From Anthoceros angustus (Eukaryota > Plantae > Anthocerotophyta): DNA of 64,000 bases. The stretch spans positions 744,001 through 808,000 of the forward strand of contig MU008161.1 in assembly GCA_010909165.1 (NCBI GenBank), in the 5' to 3' direction. The translations under genes and the position numbers were made by a program. Position 1 is the first letter of the stretch, and the number at the start of each line of letters is the position of its first letter. Below the pieces are notes generated by a model. It was not told the DNA's origin. It did not search any database and was given only the letters and a program-made list of their open reading frames with translations. Positions 58,531 through 64,000 of this stretch are shown here, piece after piece.

Positions 58531-59432
58531 CCACAGTAACATGCTCAACAAACTCGTATCAGAGATACGAGTATGGCACATCTCCAAACCAGGTTTGGAC
58601 CCATGGAGCACCAGCTTGAAGCAACGTTACTAATTATCTATCGGCTATTATATGGTCTTACCATCTTTATATCAAACTTATTGAGCTCAATTGTTATCCG
58701 CAATACAATATGACTTTAATTTTATGCAAGGAAAAACATCTTCGCAAAACCAGCTGATTCGACATTGAGGCATTTTTGTGCTCAATCACCACAAGGCCAT
58801 GCCTTCTCTAAGTAGGTGAAGAAAATCATGTGCCCTCCACACCCTGACAGCACCACCTGCCGAGGTGCAAGTATGGTAGGAGTATTACCGGAAATCATCA
58901 TGGGCAAGATTTCACGCAGAACATATAGCTTTCGCAATCCGGATCTTGAAGAACTTCAGGAAACAAAATGATCCAGTTTACTTGCATACAATGGTAGATG
59001 ACAGAGCCATGTGTCAGGATGCCTTCTCTCTTGTTGTCGAGAGACGCACAAAGGAAAGCATCAATCAATGGATGCAGTAGACATTTTGTCTTGTGCATGT
59101 GTATCAAAAGAGACTTCTTGTGAAATTGTACAACACCTGTGATCCCAACCCACGATACATTTCTGACCCAAAAATGGAACTCGAGGGCTTTTTCAGCATC
59201 AATATTTTGAAATACAACACAAACATTGACCTTAAAGGAATTGTTTATCTCGTTCTTTATTTTGGAAGATCTTTCATCTAAGTGACCGCAAAGCGAAAAA
59301 AAATTACGAACATTTCTGAAGTTGTCCAAGGATTGAGGAACATCGAATTTTTTAGAGAGTGGACAATGTAGAATATTCCAAGCTTTATTGGAAGTTCGCT
59401 TCATTCATGGTCATATTGGCTTGGAAGTTCAT

Positions 59433-60681
59433 TTCATTTCTATTTTTATTTCTAGTGGCACCCGTCTTACCAAGCCCATTGCTCCGTAGGATTTTGCTCA
59501 ATATTTTTTTGAAAGTTCTCAATTTGCTCATTGCACAACGACGTGCTTGTACACATTTAAAACACCTTTTCTACTTTCTAAAGATACATGAGTTTCTAGA
59601 AGGTATATAAGTTATTTATTTTTTGGGCACTCTTCATAACCTATTTTGATATGTTGCACTAAATCACTTCCAACAATAAGCGTAGTTAGTGAGCAATGTC
59701 CGATGGAATAAGTTTTCGTAAACCTTCTGTGGCGAGCATTCTGCAAGACCGCGCCAGCAAAGATATTGATTATCAAACTGGATCACAGCTAGTTGATGAA
59801 TACCAAATCGTTTCGCAGGGTAAGCAAGATGCAAGTTGTGTGCCTTCCTCCACTTTGAACTCGCCTAGAATGATAATGAATTAAGAAGCAAAGTAGAAGT
59901 TATAAACAATCGTAATTGTTATATGAAAAGAGTGGTTGTAACTAACAACCAACTCCTACTAACTCGAGCCCTATCAAATGATTAATTAATTTAATGGCAT
60001 TTAACATAATGCTAAGTGCTAATATTTTGAATGGTGCCCTAGGCTAATTTAATCTCATTCATTTCTATTTTTATTTCTAGTGGCACCCGTCTTACCAAGC
60101 CCATTGCTCCGTAGGATTTTGCTCAATATTTTTTTGAAAGTTCTCAATTTGCTCATTGCACAACGACGTGCTTGTACACATTTAAAACACCTTTTCTACT
60201 TTCTAAAGATACATGAGTTTCTAGAAGGTATATAAGTTATTTATTTTTGGGCACTCTTCATAACCTATTTTGATATGTTGCACTAAATCACTTCCAACAA
60301 TAAGCGTAGTTAGTGAGCAATGTCCGATGGAATAAGTTTTCGTAAACCTTCTGTGGCGAGCATTCTGCAAGACCGCGCCAGCAAAGATATTGATTATCAA
60401 ACTGGATCACAGCTAGTTGATGAATACCAAATCGTTTCGCAGGGTAAGCAAGATGCAAGTTGTGTGCCTTCCTCCACTTTGAACTCGCCTAGAATGATAA
60501 TGAATTAAGAAGCAAAGTAGAAGTTATAAACAATCGTAATTGTTATATGAAAAGAGTGGTTGTAACTAACAACCAACTCCTACTAACTCGAGCCCTATCA
60601 AATGATTAATTAATTTAATGGCATTTAACATAATGCTAAGTGCTAATATTTTGAATGGTGCCCTAGGCTAATTTAATCTCA
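59433..60681. repeat. Near-perfect 624/625-bp tandem duplication
   Basis: Identical 62-aa ORFs at 59696 and 60320. I noticed only one T-run length difference between copies. Junction microhomology is TCATT. Confidence 0.95.
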
Positions 60682-61436
60682 TTGCTGTAACTCTGCATGA
60701 AATGCATGAGACTTTAATTAGATAAACTAATTTAACTTAGAAATGAGAATTGTCCCTTAGTTAGAAAAGTTAGTTGAGTTAATTAATAATAAATAAGTGT
60801 ATCCCGATATTGATAGGTGGTGGACTTTTTTGTCACGTCTACATTGCGCAGGGCATGGCACTATCCTTAAAAACCTTCAGTCTTGATTCCCCTTTGTACC
60901 GTTCTCAAAAGGTCGCCTTAAGATTGTAGGTATCTATTGCTCATCATCATGCTGCAATCCAAGCAAGGGGTGCGCTAGGCAGATTTGCACAAGGCATAGT
61001 TCTTGCAAAGACATGTGATATGGGAGAAGACTTCAGTATCTTGCTATCAAGGGAGTAGGAAAAGAGCAAGGACCTTAAATAACTAGATTGCTAGAATGAT
61101 TGCTAATTACCATCATTGCGAGCATGAATCTCACCGTGCCCTGATCAGTAGGGATGGTCTCCTCTTCGCAAGTTCTAAGTGCTGTTGCCTCCTTGGGGGA
61201 ACTTGTCTCTTACCAGGAAGCCATTTTAAGGTCAGAAGCACATCGGTGTCGGAAGAAAGCTATAGATTTTCTCATTATTAATCAGACCCTTGTTGATTAA
61301 CCTCACTCCCTATACTACTAGTTAAGCTTGTAATTCATCTATGTAGACGGGCTCCTGATTTTTTTCGCCTTTTGCTTTGCCATATATTCGTGATGATGGT
61401 AACTCTATGCCTACGAGAGTCATCAAAGAACAACAA

Positions 61437-61753
61437 GAAAATAGTGAGAGATTCAGGGACTAATTTGCTACAAGTTAATAACAATGGTTTACGATGAGGG
61501 AGTAAAACATGGACGAACCGTAGACTAGAGAAAAATAGTGAGAGATTCAGGGACTAATTTGCTACAAGTTAATAACCATGGTTTATGAGGAGGGAGTAAA
61601 ACATGGACGAACCGTAGAATAGAGAGCTCATTGTTCCATTGAGAAAAATAGTGAGAGATTCAAGGACTAATTTGCTACAAGTTCATAACCATGGTTTATG
61701 AGGAGGGAGTAAAACATGGACGAACCATAGAATAGAGAGCTCATTGTTCCATT
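61437..61753. repeat. Three-copy about 93-113-bp tandem repeat
   Basis: AAATAGTGAGAGATTCA(G/A)GGACTAATTTGCTACAAGTT...AGTAAAACATGGACGAACC at about 61437, 61530 and 61643. Confidence 0.9.
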
Positions 61754-63650
61754 ACTTGTCGTCAAAGAAATTTCGAGTTGTTCTTGTCAAGACTATAACT
61801 TCAAATGAACATTGGTCAAGTTTACTGATGAGAATCATAGCTTGCTCTAAGATGCGCTTAGCATTGATTATGTTTCGAAACGAGATATTTCGCGTGTGTG
61901 GCTGTGATTTTCCTGACTCGTCAGTTGGTGCAGGTGCTGCAGGTGGCGATGGCGATGGCGATGGTGTCGAGATCGTCATCAGCCAAGATCTGGCGCGCTC
62001 GGAGATGCTCGTCGTCGCCGCTGCCGCCGCACTGCGTGTGCCAAATTGCGAGACGCGAAGCGCTGCTGGTCGCGCGCCTCCCTAATCCCGTCGCGGCCTT
62101 CGGCCTCGCTCCGTTCCACCGCTCACCATCGTACCGGCAATGTCACTGGTACGGGCGTCGGGCTCATGATCCCGCCGTGACCCGTCACCACGCTGCGGCT
62201 GTTGGATATGGCCATCACGCTCCTGCTGCCAATGAGGTTAGTAATCATGGTGCTCCTTCTATTGCTGCAGATGCTGAGGGCCATTGTTGTCTTCACGTCA
62301 TTCCCGCTGAAGTGTGATCATGTGATCAGTCAATGCAGGGTCATTGGAGAATTCCGCTGCCGATGAAAACTCGGTGGTGTCGAATGCAGGGATCGCCTTC
62401 CAAGCTCTTGATGCCTACACATGATGTCAATGCCCAGAAAATTTCTAAAGAACCCTTGTCACCAGTTACTGAAAATGTGAAAGATAGGCTAGCATCCTAT
62501 GTCAATTCAGGCAAGAGTCACAGTGGCCGTGTTCGAAATGTGCCCCTCAACGTTATCACACTACCTTCAACAAATGAAACCAGTAGTTGAGTGCATTTGA
62601 GGAGCCCTCTCCTAAGTCAGCAAAAAGAAACCTCACAGTGTCAAGCCTTTATGACTCCTGAATCTGCTCTTCACATAACTGACCAGCAAGTTGTATATAT
62701 CACAGATCTTCCTCATGATGAAGGGCTGTCCGCTGCGCCAAACACATCTGATGCCATTGCCAAAAGTCCTGCTCCAGACATTTGTGAGGGTAGTCCCAGC
62801 TAGCGTTGTAAAACGCTGAGGAATGACCATGTCACTGTACACAATTCTAATGAGGAAGGGACTGAAAAGAAAGGTACTTGATGAACAGCTGCTTGATGAG
62901 ATAGGCAACAGTGTAGTGTGATTTCTCTAACTTATCCTTTGGGCAATGCAGATGAGCCAATGAGGACCACGGGAGAATTAGCAGTGGATAGGAAAGGAAA
63001 AGGGAAGCTTTATCCAGAAACTGGTGGTTCAAGTAAGCCTTCATTTTTCTTCTAATATTATATTTACCATTTTCTCAACTAATGAGTTTTTTCATTTCGT
63101 AACTGGTAGCTAAAATGATGACGGGTGCATTGGGACTCCATCTATAAATATATGAGCTCCCACTAAACCCATTATCAGCTTCCACTAAACCCATTTTCCT
63201 ACATAGGTTACAACATCCCTAAAAGGTCCATGCCAACTGGAAGTTTATGTAATTAACGTAGCTAGTTTGCCCTGGTGAGGAGGATGATGTTAATATTCCC
63301 CAAACCTATGTGTGTTCAAAAACTGGGTTGCACATGCTGTGGATAGGATGTGAACCCTTTAAGGAGTATGAGGGTCACACAAAACACTCTTATAGTAAGT
63401 GCCCTAAGTGTTAGATTAATTATTTAACCTAAATTCTTAGCTTAATATTATATTATTTAATATGTATTAATTGACAATCAAACTTTTTGTATGAATTCAG
63501 GTTCAATATGGGCTCTTGAGCAGGATGAGAAAGCTTGTTATGACGAGCAGTTAAAGATTGAGGAGGAACTTGAATTCATGAACCAAACCTGGGGCAAGGA
63601 TAAGAGGTTATCTTGCGTCTGCCCCTAAATACCTATATTAGGATTTTGTC

Positions 63651-64000
63651 TTAAGGTGGTTTAAACTTAATATCTAAAATGCCCAAACTTTTCATATGTT
63701 TATTATGTAACTCCCGACCAAGGGATTTTGTTAATAAATCAGCTGGGTTTTCATGAGTTGGGATATAATGAATATCGACTATTTTATTTTCTAATACCTC
63801 CCTAATGTAATGGTACTCTACTGCTATATGCTTAGTCCTAGAATGAAAAATAGGGTTACGAGCTAAGGCTATAGCTCCCTGACTATCACTCGACAAAATT
63901 GTGGGATTATTTTGCGGATGGTTTAATTCACGTAAAACTAACCTACTCCATACTATGTCCTTAGTGAAGTCAAGACTCTGTATTCTGACTCAGTACTTGA
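63651..64000 (-). mobile_element. Ty1/copia RNase H C-terminus (frameshifted; runs off the right edge)
   Basis: SSTESEYR, then after a frameshift SDSQGAIALARNPIFHSRTKHIAVEYHYIRE...ENPADLLTKSL, the canonical copia RNase H end. Confidence 0.92.

Larger units (their letters stand above)
58800..63450. mobile_element. AT-rich region of decayed, unclassified transposon-like DNA
   Basis: Stop-riddled reading frames, internal tandem repeats and no recognisable host gene. There is only a weak resemblance to a Ulp1-like motif near 59050-59110. Confidence 0.4.

Noticed and set aside
59696-60508. Duplicated 62-aa ORF as a small-peptide gene pair
   Set aside because: Identity comes from the 624-bp duplication, with no signal peptide or known motif.
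58358-61753. Short repeat arrays as possible CRISPR
   Set aside because: Eukaryotic context, units are contiguous without unique spacers, and there are no cas genes. The same applies to the array at 9136-9350.

Overview
Eukaryotic, gene-dense land-plant DNA with short GT-AG introns. A compact non-seed-plant genome (hornwort- or lycophyte-like) is my inference from gene density and intron size. Recognisable genes, left to right: 3' end of a thylakoid-lumen pentapeptide-repeat protein (TL17-like, +); hnRNP A/B-type two-RRM Gly-rich protein (-); orphan secreted Cys-rich protein (-); C2H2 plus RING-like zinc protein (+); FAP1 (-); PDV2 (-); TIME FOR COFFEE (+); a frame-disrupted TORNADO1-like LRR-Roc-COR gene with scattered paralog fragments (+); ATAD2/BRAT1 (-); GH43 galactanase (-); and a zinc-finger/PHD protein (-). 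Mobile DNA includes a truncated LINE, a decayed Ty1/copia element, a tRNA-Arg-headed SINE-like element and a TE-rich final 6 kb. The most striking unexplained signal is a frameshifted, animal-caspase-like p20/p10 sequence (KPKVF..IINACRG, then DCLVVFST..FRD..RG) directly downstream of the Roco gene. Many lesions in otherwise conserved genes are 1-nt indels in homopolymers, and four near-identical 0.5-1.1 kb duplications are present. Some apparent pseudogenes and duplications may therefore be consensus or assembly errors. All family assignments come from motif recall, not database searches.
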